NCBI GenBank assembly: GCA_965213725.1
Contig: OZ243924.1
Coordinates: 1,072,716 to 1,136,715, forward strand
DNA from: Dehalococcoidia bacterium
Lineage (GTDB): Bacteria > Chloroflexota > Dehalococcoidia > Lucifugimonadales > UBA3495
Length of the DNA: 64,000 nt
Direction: 5' to 3'
The notes below the pieces were generated by a model that worked only from the letters and a program-made list of their open reading frames with translations, made no database searches and was not told the DNA's origin. Shown here piece by piece: positions 1 through 9,424 of this stretch (position 1 is the first letter of the stretch; each line of letters begins with the position of its first letter). The translations under genes were made by a program, and so were the position numbers.

Positions 1-201
1 CAGCCCTTTCGCCTGCTTCTGCTCCACCAGGGCGACGCCGCCGACGCGGAGTTGATTCACTGGCTCAAGGATCGCATGGACGAGATTTTTGGCGTCGGTC
101 CGTGGGTGATGGTGGCGGCCACGGCCAGCATAGTCATCGCCATTCCGGCGGCCATCGGGCTGTTCTACTACTACCAGCAACGGCGGGGCGGGGCGCCGTG
201 A
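1..201 (+). CDS. hypothetical protein, C-terminal fragment with hydrophobic anchor (5' end outside window)
   Basis: Frame 1 is open from the window edge to TGA at 199-201. The tail reads VMVAATASIVIAIPAAIGLFYYYQQRRGG, a TM-like segment followed by basic residues. Confidence 0.4.
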   Translation, partial: QPFRLLLLHQGDAADAELIHWLKDRMDEIFGVGPWVMVAATASIVIAIPAAIGLFYYYQQRRGGAP

Positions 202-392
202 CCCGAAAGCCGAATCGCGGCCAGCCGCGCTTGCCAGCAGGCGGCTTATTGGGTAGACTAACGCTCGCTATCCCGCGTTGCTCTGCCCCGGCATAGAGCT
301 GCGCGGCGCCGCTGCCGCGGCAGGCCGTGAAGGGCGGCGCCCAGACCCCGGCCAAGCGCTATTTTCAGCAAGGAGGATGCTGCGAAATCGCT

Positions 393-578
393 ATGTTTGA
401 CAAAGAATCGCTGGACAATCTATTCGACGATCTGCGCGACCAGTATGAGCTGGAACCCGACTGGGAGGAGATTCAGCGGGCGGCCCACTTGGGCGTGGCC
501 CGGCTGGACGGCGGCGTGGAAATCGGCGATGTAGACCCCCGCGTCGCCGAACTGGTGCTCCGCTACAACCCCGGCTAG
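393..578 (+). CDS. small acidic hypothetical protein (61 aa)
   Basis: ATG at 393 lies inside the 327-578 ORF, whose track start is GTG. AAGGAGG sits at 370-376, a rather long spacer. TAG stop is followed by a hairpin terminator. Confidence 0.5.
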   Translation: MFDKESLDNLFDDLRDQYELEPDWEEIQRAAHLGVARLDGGVEIGDVDPRVAELVLRYNPG

Positions 579-604
579 ACCGGCGGACGCTCAGCCGCAG
601 GATG

Positions 605-635
605 AAAAAACGGCCCCGCCTTTGGGGCCGTTTTT
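605..635. terminator. bidirectional rho-independent terminator
   Basis: aaaaaa-CGGCCCC-gccttt-GGGGCCG-ttttt, an A-run and a T-run flanking a GC stem, located between convergent genes. Confidence 0.75.
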
Positions 636-660
636 AGTTTCCCCATTCAGGGGGCGGGAG

Positions 661-2493
661 CTACTCGATCTCCCGGAAGCTGCTCAGGATCTCCTCCTGC
701 TGCTGGCCGTATACGAGCAGGTCAGCTTGGCAGATGCCCGTGGAGATGAAGAAGCCGTAATCCTCCGGAGCGTTCCATGAGTGATAGGCGTGGTCTACCA
801 CGTGATACCGGCAATCTCCCTCTTGGGGCTGCCAGATGTATTCCCAATAAATATATTCGCCTCCGCCGCCGCTATCCAGCGGCTTAAAATAAGCGTGGGT
901 TCGGGCATTGTCTCGCTTCGACACTCTTTCACGATAGGCAAAACCGAATCGCCCATCCCCGTCCTTAACATTCAGGATAACGATGTTCAGATAGGGCCGC
1001 CCCCCGGCGGAAGGCGCGTCGGCGCCCCAAGCCCAGCTTCCGCCGTGTCTTATGGAGTATTTGTGCGTATTCCCCCCGTGGGTGAAGGTAAACTCCTGCT
1101 GGGGCAGCGGCCCGGGCGTTGGCGTCGGCTTGGGCGTTGGCGTCGGCGTCGGCGTCGGCTTGGGCATCGGCGTGGGCGTTGGCGTTGGCGTCGGCTTGGG
1201 CGTTGGCGTCGGCGTCGGTGTAGGCGTAGGCGTCGGCGTCGGCTTGGGCGTCGGCTTGGGCGTGGGCGTCGGTGTGGGAACTGAGGGCGTGGGTGTAGGC
1301 GTCGAGGTGGGTGTAGGCGTCGGGGTTGGCGTGGGCGTGGGGGTAGACCGCGGCGTCGGCACGGGAGTTGCTGCGGGCGTCCTGCCGGCGGGGCGGCCGG
1401 TTCCTATAGCATCCATCCACTGGATGAACCTGTCTAGCGGCACGGCCAGTTCCAATCGCTCCGCCGCCGGGTTTGCTGCCGTATTGATTCCGACAATACG
1501 CCCGGCGTTGTTGAGCAGCGGGCCGCCGGAACTGCCGGATTCCACATCTGCGCCATGCTCGATAAAATATCCGCCCCTGTATTGCTCAAGGCCGTCTTGC
1601 ACAATCGTGCCTTCCGTTACCACCGGCTCGGAGACCGTAACCCCGCGGCCGGCTTTGTTGCCGCCGGGATAGCCGGAGGCGTATACCACATCGCCCTTGG
1701 CCCAACTGCCGCCCCAGCCATTCCAGTTTGAGAGTGTTTTCCGAAGACCTGGGGTTGAATTCATCCACCGAGTAAATATCTCATGTTCGATTACCGCTAT
1801 ATCGAAATCCCTGTCCGTGGCCGAAACCTGGCCGGTAACACATTCTTGCGTTAAGGCCCAGCACACCCTGACATCAGAATCACCCGCGACAACGTGCTGG
1901 CTGGTTGCTACCACGTAGTCGGGTGCGTCCCCGGATACTGCGTTCGCTCTGTTATAGAAAAACCCCGATCCCGTGCCGCTCGACGTTTCAATGTAAACAG
2001 TCAATGCAGCCGCAGTTTGCTTCATTCCCAGGGATTGAGCTAAAAGAGGGGTGGGCGCAGGCGTGGGCCGCGGCGCCGCAGGCGTGGGCGTGGGCTGCGG
2101 CGTTGCCGCAGGCGTTACGGTGGGAGGCGGGGCTAGGGTGAGCGTGGGCCGCGGCGTTGCCGTAGGCATGGCGGCGGCAGCGGCGGCGGGGCGGGCTTGG
2201 ATGGTGGCTTCCGGGGCGTCGGTCGCCACCGGCAGGGGGGCGACCGTGGGTAGCGGAGTGGCGGCGGGCCGGTTAGCCGGCGTCGAACCGCCATTCCCTC
2301 CGTTGCCATCATCCCTTACCAGCAGCACGGCGACGACAATGGCGATGGCGGCCACGGCTATGACAGCGGCGAGGGTACGGATGCAGCCGCCCCGGAACAT
2401 TGTTGTGGACGGGGGCGGCGCCGTCGCCGTGCCGCAATAGGCGCAGAACTTGACCGTGGGCGGGATGGTTCGCTGACAGTTGCGGCACCGCAT
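661..2493 (-). CDS. membrane-anchored trypsin-like serine protease with N-terminal zinc ribbon, P/T-rich linkers and an unknown C-terminal domain
   Basis: N-terminus [21 protein letters not shown] (CxxC..CxxC). TM segment [22 protein letters not shown]. Protease triad context SQHVV / DFDIAVIE / GSSGGPLL. Start lies 10 nt after the kinase stop. Confidence 0.8.
   Translation of the reverse strand: MRCRNCQRTIPPTVKFCAYCGTATAPPPSTTMFRGGCIRTLAAVIAVAAIAIVVAVLLVRDDGNGGNGGSTPANRPAATPLPTVAPLPVATDAPEATIQARPAAAAAAMPTATPRPTLTLAPPPTVTPAATPQPTPTPAAPRPTPAPTPLLAQSLGMKQTAAALTVYIETSSGTGSGFFYNRANAVSGDAPDYVVATSQHVVAGDSDVRVCWALTQECVTGQVSATDRDFDIAVIEHEIFTRWMNSTPGLRKTLSNWNGWGGSWAKGDVVYASGYPGGNKAGRGVTVSEPVVTEGTIVQDGLEQYRGGYFIEHGADVESGSSGGPLLNNAGRIVGINTAANPAAERLELAVPLDRFIQWMDAIGTGRPAGRTPAATPVPTPRSTPTPTPTPTPTPTSTPTPTPSVPTPTPTPKPTPKPTPTPTPTPTPTPTPKPTPTPTPTPMPKPTPTPTPTPKPTPTPGPLPQQEFTFTHGGNTHKYSIRHGGSWAWGADAPSAGGRPYLNIVILNVKDGDGRFGFAYRERVSKRDNARTHAYFKPLDSGGGGEYIYWEYIWQPQEGDCRYHVVDHAYHSWNAPEDYGFFISTGICQADLLVYGQQQEEILSSFREIE
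1105..1375 (-). repeat. low-complexity coding repeat encoding a (TP/KP)n linker
   Basis: Periodic ggcgtcggc/ggcttgggc units translate on the minus strand to [16 protein letters not shown]... Three overlapping shadow ORFs arise from this periodicity. Confidence 0.85.
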
Positions 2494-2503
2494 CGCGGGC
2501 GGC

Positions 2504-3718
2504 TCAGGCCGCCTTTCTCCCGCAATCGTGGCAGTAAGCGGCGTTGACCGGCCCGCCTATCCCGCAGTAGGCGCAAGGGCGGCTGCCCGGTTGCAGCGTC
2601 GCGCAGCATTTCTCTTGGTCGCAGTAGATCAGATCGTTCAGATTCATATGGCCGCATTGAGGACAAGCGACAGCCCCGATAGGCGGCGGCGCGGGCGGCG
2701 GCGGGGCGGCCTGTCCGCTCTGAAGCAGATCCCGGTACGAAGATGAGCCGGGCGCCGCCGGGGCCGGTTGGGGCGCCGGGGCCGGTTGGGGCGGGGGCGC
2801 GGCGTTCCCGCCGCTCAGGATGCTTTCCAAATCCGGCACCTGCTCCACCGGAAGGGCGCAATACTCTTCCAGCTTTGCCGCCAGATTGCGTACAGCGTCG
2901 TCCGGGTTGTTTCTCAGCGCGCGGAAACAGTCGGAATTCGCCGGGTCTTGATAATCGCTTTTCTTGAGAATCAGGTTATCGTCGTTATTAAACTGCTGCC
3001 ACAAGTCCGGCTGGGCGGCCAAAGCCCGCAGGCTGAGATAAATTACGAACGCCGGAAAATTGTCTATGCGTTCATCATAATTACCGGAGTCCCGCTGGGG
3101 ATGCTGAAAATTCTGATGCCCGATTTCCGGGCTGCGTTCCCCCTGATACTGCGGCAGAAACACGCCATCGTAATCCACCAGCCGGATGGTGCCGTCGTCC
3201 TGCACCATAATGTTGCCGTGTTGCAGGTCGTTGTGGGCGATAGCCACCCGGTTATGTTGCAGACTATCGGCTACTCCCTTCCATCGCCGGACTATGCGGG
3301 ATAGCGTGCCGGGCGCGTTCAGATGGACGGGCGCGTTAATCTGATTGCGAACGTATTTGTCCAGCGCGTTGCCGTTGACCCAATCCATTTTGATGATGGG
3401 ATACCATTGCCCCCGCACCATGATTCCCTCTGGATGAAACTCAAACTCTACAAAAGCCGGGGGCAGGCTCCCTTGCAGAAAGGCGTGCAGATGGTCGTAC
3501 CGCGCCTGCTGGTTATTCACCGGGCGGGTGAAACAGCGGACGGCGTAAACGGCGCCGTTGCAGGAGACTTTGTACACCGACGCAAAGTTTCCCGACCAAA
3601 CCAGTTTCCGGCCCCGCGGGTCAGCCTCCGCCTCGCCGCCGCAAAGATCCTGATCCCGAAAACACAGCTTCGGGTTCTGAATGGCGTCGGTATAGTCGGT
3701 TACATTGGGCCACGGCAT
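2504..3718 (-). CDS. atypical Ser/Thr protein kinase-like protein with C-terminal double zinc ribbon
   Basis: ATG at 3718 (MPWPNV) preceded by GAGGGGA. Motifs [27 protein letters not shown] and LVDYDG. P/A-rich linker, then CPQCG..YCDQ..CAYCG..CHDCG. The ORF-track N-terminal extension to 4270 overlaps the upstream gene. Confidence 0.8.
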   Translation of the reverse strand: MPWPNVTDYTDAIQNPKLCFRDQDLCGGEAEADPRGRKLVWSGNFASVYKVSCNGAVYAVRCFTRPVNNQQARYDHLHAFLQGSLPPAFVEFEFHPEGIMVRGQWYPIIKMDWVNGNALDKYVRNQINAPVHLNAPGTLSRIVRRWKGVADSLQHNRVAIAHNDLQHGNIMVQDDGTIRLVDYDGVFLPQYQGERSPEIGHQNFQHPQRDSGNYDERIDNFPAFVIYLSLRALAAQPDLWQQFNNDDNLILKKSDYQDPANSDCFRALRNNPDDAVRNLAAKLEEYCALPVEQVPDLESILSGGNAAPPPQPAPAPQPAPAAPGSSSYRDLLQSGQAAPPPPAPPPIGAVACPQCGHMNLNDLIYCDQEKCCATLQPGSRPCAYCGIGGPVNAAYCHDCGRKAA

Positions 3719-3741
3719 AGCTTCCCCTCGCTCTTGGGGAT

Positions 3742-4503
3742 TTATTCGACCTTGATGGTGATCAGAGTGGTGTCGTCGTTTCGCATCGCCCGCCCGGCGC
3801 GTTTTGCTTGCAGCCAGGCTTCCCACTGTTGCGGCGAATCCAGGGACAGCAGCGTTTCCCACGGCTTGCCGCCGGATTCTTGTTCTTGCAGAATCCAGCA
3901 GGCCAGGGCGTCGGACGCCAGTATCAGCCGGTCGCCCCTCCGGCATTGGCCGTTCATTTGGCGAACTTTGGGCCACAGCCCGCCGTTGTTGGCCGGGTTG
4001 CTGCAGATCAAGGGCGGGGTGTCGTTGAAGCTCCCGGCGTTGTCCATCGGGAAAGACCGGGCGAGGGCGCTGTCGCGGATGACGAAAAGGCAGCAGTCGC
4101 CGACGGCCACAGCCCGCCAAGGGTAGACGCCGGGGCGGGCCGGGGTTTGGGCAAGCTCCAGCCCCAGCAGCGTTGACAGAGCGCCGGCCCGGGTCTTGGC
4201 TTCGCCGTGCCAGGGGATGCGCGGCCACGGCACCGCCCGATTCCATTCCTCTTGGGGCTGTATCAGCCACCGGGACAAGGATGCGCCGTCGAGGTTGGAA
4301 AGATCAAGGGGACGGTAGATAAAGGCGCGGGTCAGCGCTTGCGCCCACGGCCGGGCGAAGGCGGACTCGGTGGCGCCGTCGCACAGAGCGATTCTGGCCG
4401 GGCCGCCATTGGCCGGGTAGCTGATCCGGGAATCGTCCTCGCACTCGTCAGGGCGGTTGCCCGCTTTGGCCGTCTGAAATCTTCGCGGCGGTAGCAGTCC
4501 CAT
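3742..4503 (-). CDS. PP2C-family (SpoIIE-like) protein phosphatase
   Basis: ATG at 4503 preceded by AAGGAGG, 10 nt after the vWA stop. Motifs IALCDGATES, VAVGDCCLFV, LILASDAL and RNDDTTLITI. Confidence 0.8.
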   Translation of the reverse strand: MGLLPPRRFQTAKAGNRPDECEDDSRISYPANGGPARIALCDGATESAFARPWAQALTRAFIYRPLDLSNLDGASLSRWLIQPQEEWNRAVPWPRIPWHGEAKTRAGALSTLLGLELAQTPARPGVYPWRAVAVGDCCLFVIRDSALARSFPMDNAGSFNDTPPLICSNPANNGGLWPKVRQMNGQCRRGDRLILASDALACWILQEQESGGKPWETLLSLDSPQQWEAWLQAKRAGRAMRNDDTTLITIKVE

Positions 4504-4513
4504 CGGAGCCTCC

Positions 4514-5380
4514 TTAATGCAGGTTGAGGTCGGACGCGGCCCTGGTGCCAATTTCGAGGAACTGCACCAGAGCATCCATATCGGCGTTGAAAACGTACCC
4601 CCGCGAATTGTTGCTGATGGACAGGTCCATGGCGGAAGCTTGGGCGCGGCTGGATTCGGGCAGCACCGACGACATTCGGAACAACACCTTGGCATATTCG
4701 TCATCCCGGGGGAGGGCGTCCTCACGGTCGGGATACTGCACTGGCAATGCCGAAACTTCGGAAAGGTGAATATTGAACACCAGCGCGTTGCCGTCGCCGG
4801 TCTGCATTCCCATTATCCGCTGGGCCGGCGGTTCCGGGTCGCCGTCGGTGGCGGCGCCATCGCTGACGTTTATGATGATGGGCGGGAAGGAGTCGGGATG
4901 TTGGGCAATCCAGTTTTCGACGGAGCGGGCGGCGGTTTGGAAGGCGGCGCACATAGGCGTGCCGTATTCGGCGTGGGGATGCAACCAGACGGGCATCTGC
5001 CGGGTAACTTCCACTAGGCCGCCGGCCCCGTCGCTTACCTTCACTTGCATTTCCACCATTTCGGCCACATCGACCACTTGGCTGATGGGCAGGAAGGGCT
5101 GATCCCGGGATGTTCCTTGCAGGATGCTGCTGATTATGGAGCTGCCGATTGAGTCGGTGCAGTAGCCGATGATGCCAATGTCGAAGTAATCGCGGACGTC
5201 CATTCCCTGGGAGCAGCGCTGGGACACGGTGTCCAGAATCCGGTTGATGGCGGCAGCGGCCTGGTCCATCTTGCGCTGGCCGGGCTGGCCGGCGAGGGCT
5301 TGGGTCATGGATCCGGACTGGTCTATGAGGAACAGGAAACAGGCGGGGTTGGCGCGGCTGATGTCGGCGGAATAGGGCAT
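4514..5380 (-). CDS. von Willebrand factor A (vWA) domain protein with MIDAS motif (TerY-like)
   Basis: FLFLIDQSGSM matches the DxSxS MIDAS motif and NVSDGAATDG lies later in the protein. AGGAGG upstream of ATG at 5380. Confidence 0.85.
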   Translation of the reverse strand: MPYSADISRANPACFLFLIDQSGSMTQALAGQPGQRKMDQAAAAINRILDTVSQRCSQGMDVRDYFDIGIIGYCTDSIGSSIISSILQGTSRDQPFLPISQVVDVAEMVEMQVKVSDGAGGLVEVTRQMPVWLHPHAEYGTPMCAAFQTAARSVENWIAQHPDSFPPIIINVSDGAATDGDPEPPAQRIMGMQTGDGNALVFNIHLSEVSALPVQYPDREDALPRDDEYAKVLFRMSSVLPESSRAQASAMDLSISNNSRGYVFNADMDALVQFLEIGTRAASDLNLH

Positions 5381-5445
5381 TTCGGGGCCTCCTGCGGGGT
5401 TTCGCGGTATGCGCCGGATTGTTTGGTATCATAGGCAAGGGATTT

Positions 5446-6087
5446 ATGGATAGTCAAACTGGCTCTGCCATCACAACGGCATCACCCGCCGCCCGCCTGC
5501 CCCGGCCGTCCCCCCAGTTGGCGGCGGCGGCGCTGCTGCTGGCCGCGGGCCTGGCGGCGCTGCTGGCCTGGGGCGGCGGATTGCCGCCGGCTCAGAATCT
5601 GGAGCCGGGCGGCGTTCCCGCCTTTCGCTATGTCAACAGCGGGTGGGTCTCGCCGCTGGACTGGCAGGAGGCCGGCCCCTTCGCCGCGGAGCTGCGGGCC
5701 TTTGTCATCGGCAGCCAGGAAGAGCTGGACGCCTTTGAGGAGGGCTTCGTCAGCAAGCGGATTTACGGCAACGCCACCACCCTGGAGCGCATCGAGTTCG
5801 ACCGCGTGGCGTTGCTGGCGGCCTACTATGTCTGGCGTCCGGTGCGGGGCGACCCGCTGTCGGTGGCCGGCTTGCAACTGGAGCAAGAGCGGGCGGTGGT
5901 GCAGGTTGAGCTGGACGAAGACCCGCAGGGACGCGAGTACCCCTACCTGTTCGCGCCGATGATTATGGTGGCGGTGGAACGCTCGCTGTTCCCGGAGGGC
6001 GAGCCGGTGGAGTTCGTCTTTGAGCTGAACGGCCGACCCGAGGTCATACGGACTGCCACGCCGAACCCGGCGGCCCCCTCTTCCTGA
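5446..6087 (+). CDS. hypothetical secreted or membrane-anchored protein
   Basis: ATG at 5446 inside an ORF whose track start is TTG at 5419. Hydrophobic LAAAALLLAAGLAALLAWGG near the N-terminus. Divergent from the vWA operon. Confidence 0.55.
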   Translation: MDSQTGSAITTASPAARLPRPSPQLAAAALLLAAGLAALLAWGGGLPPAQNLEPGGVPAFRYVNSGWVSPLDWQEAGPFAAELRAFVIGSQEELDAFEEGFVSKRIYGNATTLERIEFDRVALLAAYYVWRPVRGDPLSVAGLQLEQERAVVQVELDEDPQGREYPYLFAPMIMVAVERSLFPEGEPVEFVFELNGRPEVIRTATPNPAAPSS

Positions 6088-6214
6088 GTCCAGCCAATGG
6101 GGTACGGGGCGGCCTGCCGGCCGCAGGCGGGTAGAGGACAGCCGCGATTCGGGTTATGATGAGGCCGCAGTCAAACAACAGTCACCGGCAAGAATCACAG
6201 GACAGGAGCGAACA

Positions 6215-6649
6215 ATGGCAGAGTACATACCATCAACCACCGATTGGGTGCGCGAGCAAGTGGAGGTCTATGAGAGCAGCGGCGGCACTCAGGGAACGAC
6301 CCTGCGCGATACCGGGCTGCCGGTCATCATAGTCACCAACCGGGGCAACCAGACCGGGGCAATCCGCAAGACGCCGCTGATGCGCGTGAAGGATGGGGAC
6401 AACTACGTGCTGGTAGGTTCCCGGGGCGGGGCGCCCAAGAACCCGGTGTGGGTCTACAATCTGCGCGCCGACGGCGACGTGGAAGTCCGGGACGAAACCG
6501 AAGTCCATACGATGAAGGTCCGCGAGGTTGCCGACGATGCCGAGCGGGCACGGCTCTGGGACATCGCGGTGGCGGCCTTCCCGCCCTACGAGGAATATCA
6601 GGGCCGGACTTCCCGACGGATTCCGGTGTTCGTCGCGGAGCCGGCCTAA
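6215..6649 (+). CDS. deazaflavin (F420)-dependent nitroreductase-family oxidoreductase (FDOR-A/DDN-like)
   Basis: AGGAG RBS. Family-typical VTNRGNQTGAIRKTPLM...VGSRGGAPKNPVWVYNLRA. Confidence 0.85.
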   Translation: MAEYIPSTTDWVREQVEVYESSGGTQGTTLRDTGLPVIIVTNRGNQTGAIRKTPLMRVKDGDNYVLVGSRGGAPKNPVWVYNLRADGDVEVRDETEVHTMKVREVADDAERARLWDIAVAAFPPYEEYQGRTSRRIPVFVAEPA

Positions 6650-6684
6650 CGGCCGCCCGCAACGCAGCCCAACCGATGCAACCG

Positions 6685-6712
6685 CCCGCGGCAATGCCGC
6701 GGGTTCGCTTTA
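6685..6712 (+). terminator. putative intrinsic terminator
   Basis: CCCGCGGC-aat-GCCGCGGG followed by ttcgcttta, 36 nt after the FDOR stop. Confidence 0.4.
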
Positions 6713-6769
6713 TCCGCGGCACGCGAGGAGACCCGGCGCCCCGGCTTCGCGGCCGCCTGGAGGAGGGAT

Positions 6770-8362
6770 ATGACCAAACCCAGAATCGCCGTTTTCTCCG
6801 GCCCCAGAGCCACTATAGCCAACTCCCCCACGCTGGTGACCGGCAATAAGGGGAGGCTGCCGGGCGAGCGGATCCTGCCCGGCAGGTACGACCACCTGGC
6901 GCCCCAGATGCTTCACGAGCCGGTGACCGTCAGGATAAGGAAGTACAGCGCTCACCCGCTGGAAGCGGATGCCGCCTCCGTCTACCACCAAGACGGGAAG
7001 GACTACTACGAAGTGGAGCTGCGGCCCGAGGACGGCCCGTATCCCCTGCCCTACGTGGCGCGGCGGGCCAACGGCTCCGGCCAAGGCCGGCCCTTCGAGG
7101 ACGCCGACCTGTACGACCCTTCCTTGGACTTCGGGGGCAGACAGTTCTTCTACCCCGACGCTTCACGGATGTTCGCGGAAATAGACCGCACCATCTCCGG
7201 CCGGGACGAAACCGGGGAGGGCAGCACGCTGGATCGCAAGGCCGACTTCGAGTTCATCCGCGTCCTTCCCCCGGGCGGCTACACCGGGAGGGGAGAGAAA
7301 TCCGGCGTGGACTATTTCCCCTACAAGCCTCTCGCCATAAGGCGCTCCCCCAGGTATCGGGATCTGGCCCAGGCCGTCAACTCGGTGCAGGCGGCCATGG
7401 CCAGCGGGGAATACGCCGGGGGCATCTGGCTGGAGGGCAGCCCGACGGTGGAAGAGACCATCTACTGGTTGAGCCTGCTGATAGACACTGATTTGGCTCT
7501 GGCTGGAATCGCCGCCCAGCGCCCCCACGGGCAGTTGGCGAACGACGGCGACCGCAACATCGTGGACGCCGTGGACTACGCGCTTTCCGGCAAGGGCGCG
7601 GGAATCGGGGCCGTGGGGGTGCAGGACGAACGGATATACGCCGCCCGCGAGTTCAAGAAAGCCGACGACCGGCCGGGCAACTACAAGGCCACCGGCGGGC
7701 ACGGCGGCATCCTCGGGACGGTGGGGCCGCCCGTGACCATCTGGTATAAGCCCGCCTACCGGCACACCGCCTCTTCGTCCGTAAACCTGTCCCGGCTTCC
7801 CGTCCGGCTGGAGTTCCCAGACTTCGCCGACGCTGCCGGGCCGGTTCAGGTGGCCGTGAAGGATGATGCGGGCGCGCTGCTGCCGGAAAGCATACCCAGA
7901 GTCCACATCGTCAAGTACGGCGCATACATGGACGAGGACGAAACGGCCAATCCCGACAACGAGGTGGACATCATGGCCCGCATCGCCCAGGGGCTGGAGT
8001 CCCAGGCCAGCAGCGACCCGCAGTCGCCCAAGCTGCACGGCTTCGTGCTGGAAGGGTCTTCACCCTACGGGCTGGCCTCCATGTCGCAGCACCGGGCCTT
8101 GGAAATCGCCGCATTCAGCGGTATGCCGGTGGTCAGGGTGGGCCGGGCCGACCCCGGCGGCCGGGTGCCCAGCGGCTGGGACGACCTGACCATCGCGGGC
8201 AGCAACTTGGACACCAACAAGGCCCGGCTGCTGCTGATGGCCTCGCTGCTCAAGCTGGGCCGCCTGCCCAAGGCCCGCGACCCCAGGAATCCCGGCCGGG
8301 CCGAGCGCAGCGCGACCGCCGACAAGGTGGCGCAGTACCAGGAGATTTTCGAGAACCACTAG
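6770..8362 (+). CDS. asparaginase/glutaminase-family protein with large insertions
   Basis: GGAGGAGGG RBS. N-terminal IAVFSGPRATIANS resembles the TGGTIAG block and WLEGSPTVEETIYWLSLL resembles HGTDTMEET. At 530 aa it is longer than classical enzymes. Confidence 0.65.
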   Translation: MTKPRIAVFSGPRATIANSPTLVTGNKGRLPGERILPGRYDHLAPQMLHEPVTVRIRKYSAHPLEADAASVYHQDGKDYYEVELRPEDGPYPLPYVARRANGSGQGRPFEDADLYDPSLDFGGRQFFYPDASRMFAEIDRTISGRDETGEGSTLDRKADFEFIRVLPPGGYTGRGEKSGVDYFPYKPLAIRRSPRYRDLAQAVNSVQAAMASGEYAGGIWLEGSPTVEETIYWLSLLIDTDLALAGIAAQRPHGQLANDGDRNIVDAVDYALSGKGAGIGAVGVQDERIYAAREFKKADDRPGNYKATGGHGGILGTVGPPVTIWYKPAYRHTASSSVNLSRLPVRLEFPDFADAAGPVQVAVKDDAGALLPESIPRVHIVKYGAYMDEDETANPDNEVDIMARIAQGLESQASSDPQSPKLHGFVLEGSSPYGLASMSQHRALEIAAFSGMPVVRVGRADPGGRVPSGWDDLTIAGSNLDTNKARLLLMASLLKLGRLPKARDPRNPGRAERSATADKVAQYQEIFENH

Positions 8363-8401
8363 GGGGCGTCCGTTCAACGTTCCGCGAAACGGGTTCATCC
8401 T

Positions 8402-8441
8402 TCGGCAAGCTCAGGATGAACTCGGCAAACTCAGGATGAAT
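8402..8441. repeat. 20-bp tandem duplication spanning the thiD stop codon
   Basis: tcggcaagctcaggatgaac / tcggcaaactcaggatgaat are 18/20 identical. The second copy contains the thiD TGA at 8431-8433. Confidence 0.9.
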
Positions 8442-9249
8442 GGCCGCTCCGCCACAGCTCGTGGAAATGGTTGAGCGGGCCGTGTCCTCGGCCCATGGGG
8501 AAACCGGCGCGGATGGCGGCGGTCACGTAGTCTTTGGCCTGCTGTACCGCCGCGGGGAGCGCCAAGCCCTTGGCCAGCCCGGCGGCGATGGCCGATGCCA
8601 GGGTGCAGCCTGTGCCGTGGTTGTTGGCGGTCTGGATGCGCTCCGCGGTGAAGGTGAGGAAATCCGAGCCGTCGAATAACACGTCGGTGGCCGGGCCTTC
8701 GATGCGCCCTGCCTTTACCAACGCGTTACGCGCCCCCAACTCGCTGACCAACGCCCTCGCCGCCGCCTTGAGGCCGTCCACCGTGCCGGTTTCCAGCCCG
8801 GTCAGGATGCGGGCTTCGTGGCTGTTGGGCGTTATTACCGTCGCCAGCGGAAACAGGGACGACTTTACGGCATCCATCGCCGCGTCGTCGAACAGCCTAG
8901 CCCCCGTCCGGTTCACCATCACCGGGTCAATCACCGCCGGGGCCAGGGCGTGAAACTCCAGCCGCTCGGCTACGCAACGGATGACTTCGGCGCCGGGCAG
9001 CATTCCGGTCTTGACGGCGTCGGCGCCGATGTCCGCCATAATGGCGTCTATCTGGGCTTCAATCAGGGACGTGGGCATCGACTGGGCGGCGGTCACGCCT
9101 AGGGTGTTCTGGGCCGTGACCGTGGTGATGGCGCAGGAGCCGAAAACGCCCAATGCCCCGAAGGTCTTCAGGTCGGCCTGTATGCCCGCTCCGGCCCCGG
9201 AGTCAGACCCGGCGATGGTCATTACCCGAGGGATGCGCGGGGTGGTCAT
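8431..9249 (-). CDS. thiD: hydroxymethylpyrimidine/phosphomethylpyrimidine kinase
   Basis: [22 protein letters not shown] and [17 protein letters not shown] are hallmark ThiD blocks. Start chosen at ATG 9249 (MTTPRIP). Confidence 0.9.
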   Translation of the reverse strand: MTTPRIPRVMTIAGSDSGAGAGIQADLKTFGALGVFGSCAITTVTAQNTLGVTAAQSMPTSLIEAQIDAIMADIGADAVKTGMLPGAEVIRCVAERLEFHALAPAVIDPVMVNRTGARLFDDAAMDAVKSSLFPLATVITPNSHEARILTGLETGTVDGLKAAARALVSELGARNALVKAGRIEGPATDVLFDGSDFLTFTAERIQTANNHGTGCTLASAIAAGLAKGLALPAAVQQAKDYVTAAIRAGFPMGRGHGPLNHFHELWRSGHSS

Positions 9250-9310
9250 CGGCCTTTGCCTCGCGTTGGAAATGGGGCGGCCTTCACCAATTTTATCACG
9301 CCGCATCCGT

Positions 9311-9332
9311 TATACTTCCCGTATACTTCCCG
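9311..9332. repeat. perfect 11-bp tandem duplication in the thiD leader
   Basis: tatacttcccg occurs twice, back to back. Confidence 0.9.
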
Positions 9333-9424
9333 CAGCTTCAACGGCGGATACGGATTCCACTGCACTGCTGAAAATCGCCTCTCCCCTAGGAAGGGGATTT
9401 GCCAATCTCTGGAGGTGAAAGACG

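Noticed and set aside
965-1672. Highly periodic DNA with three overlapping ORFs (GVGVGV.., ADAQADA.., RRRRW..) could be mistaken for a CRISPR or minisatellite locus, or for extra genes.
   Set aside because: The period is 6-12 nt with no unique spacers. The region lies inside the protease ORF, where it encodes a TP/KP linker. The other frames are low-complexity shadows.
3719-4725. N-terminal extensions of the ORF-track entries 2504-4270 and 3742-4725 would make the kinase 588 aa and the phosphatase 327 aa.
   Set aside because: The extensions overlap the upstream genes, are R/P/G-rich and motif-free, and internal ATGs at 3718 and 4503 are each preceded by a strong Shine-Dalgarno sequence just after the upstream stop.
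9250-9420. Possible TPP (THI-box) riboswitch in the thiD leader. The minus strand reads CUAGGGGAG...GAAUCCGUAUCCGCCGUUGAAGCUGCGGGAAGU, which loosely resembles the start and the P4-P5/GCGUAGGGAA part of the element.
   Set aside because: The highly conserved CUGAGA pyrimidine-sensor motif is absent, and I could not build the P2-P3 helices by eye. Part of the resemblance comes from a family A repeat copy and an 11-bp duplication. An Rfam RF00059 cmsearch hit would overturn this rejection.
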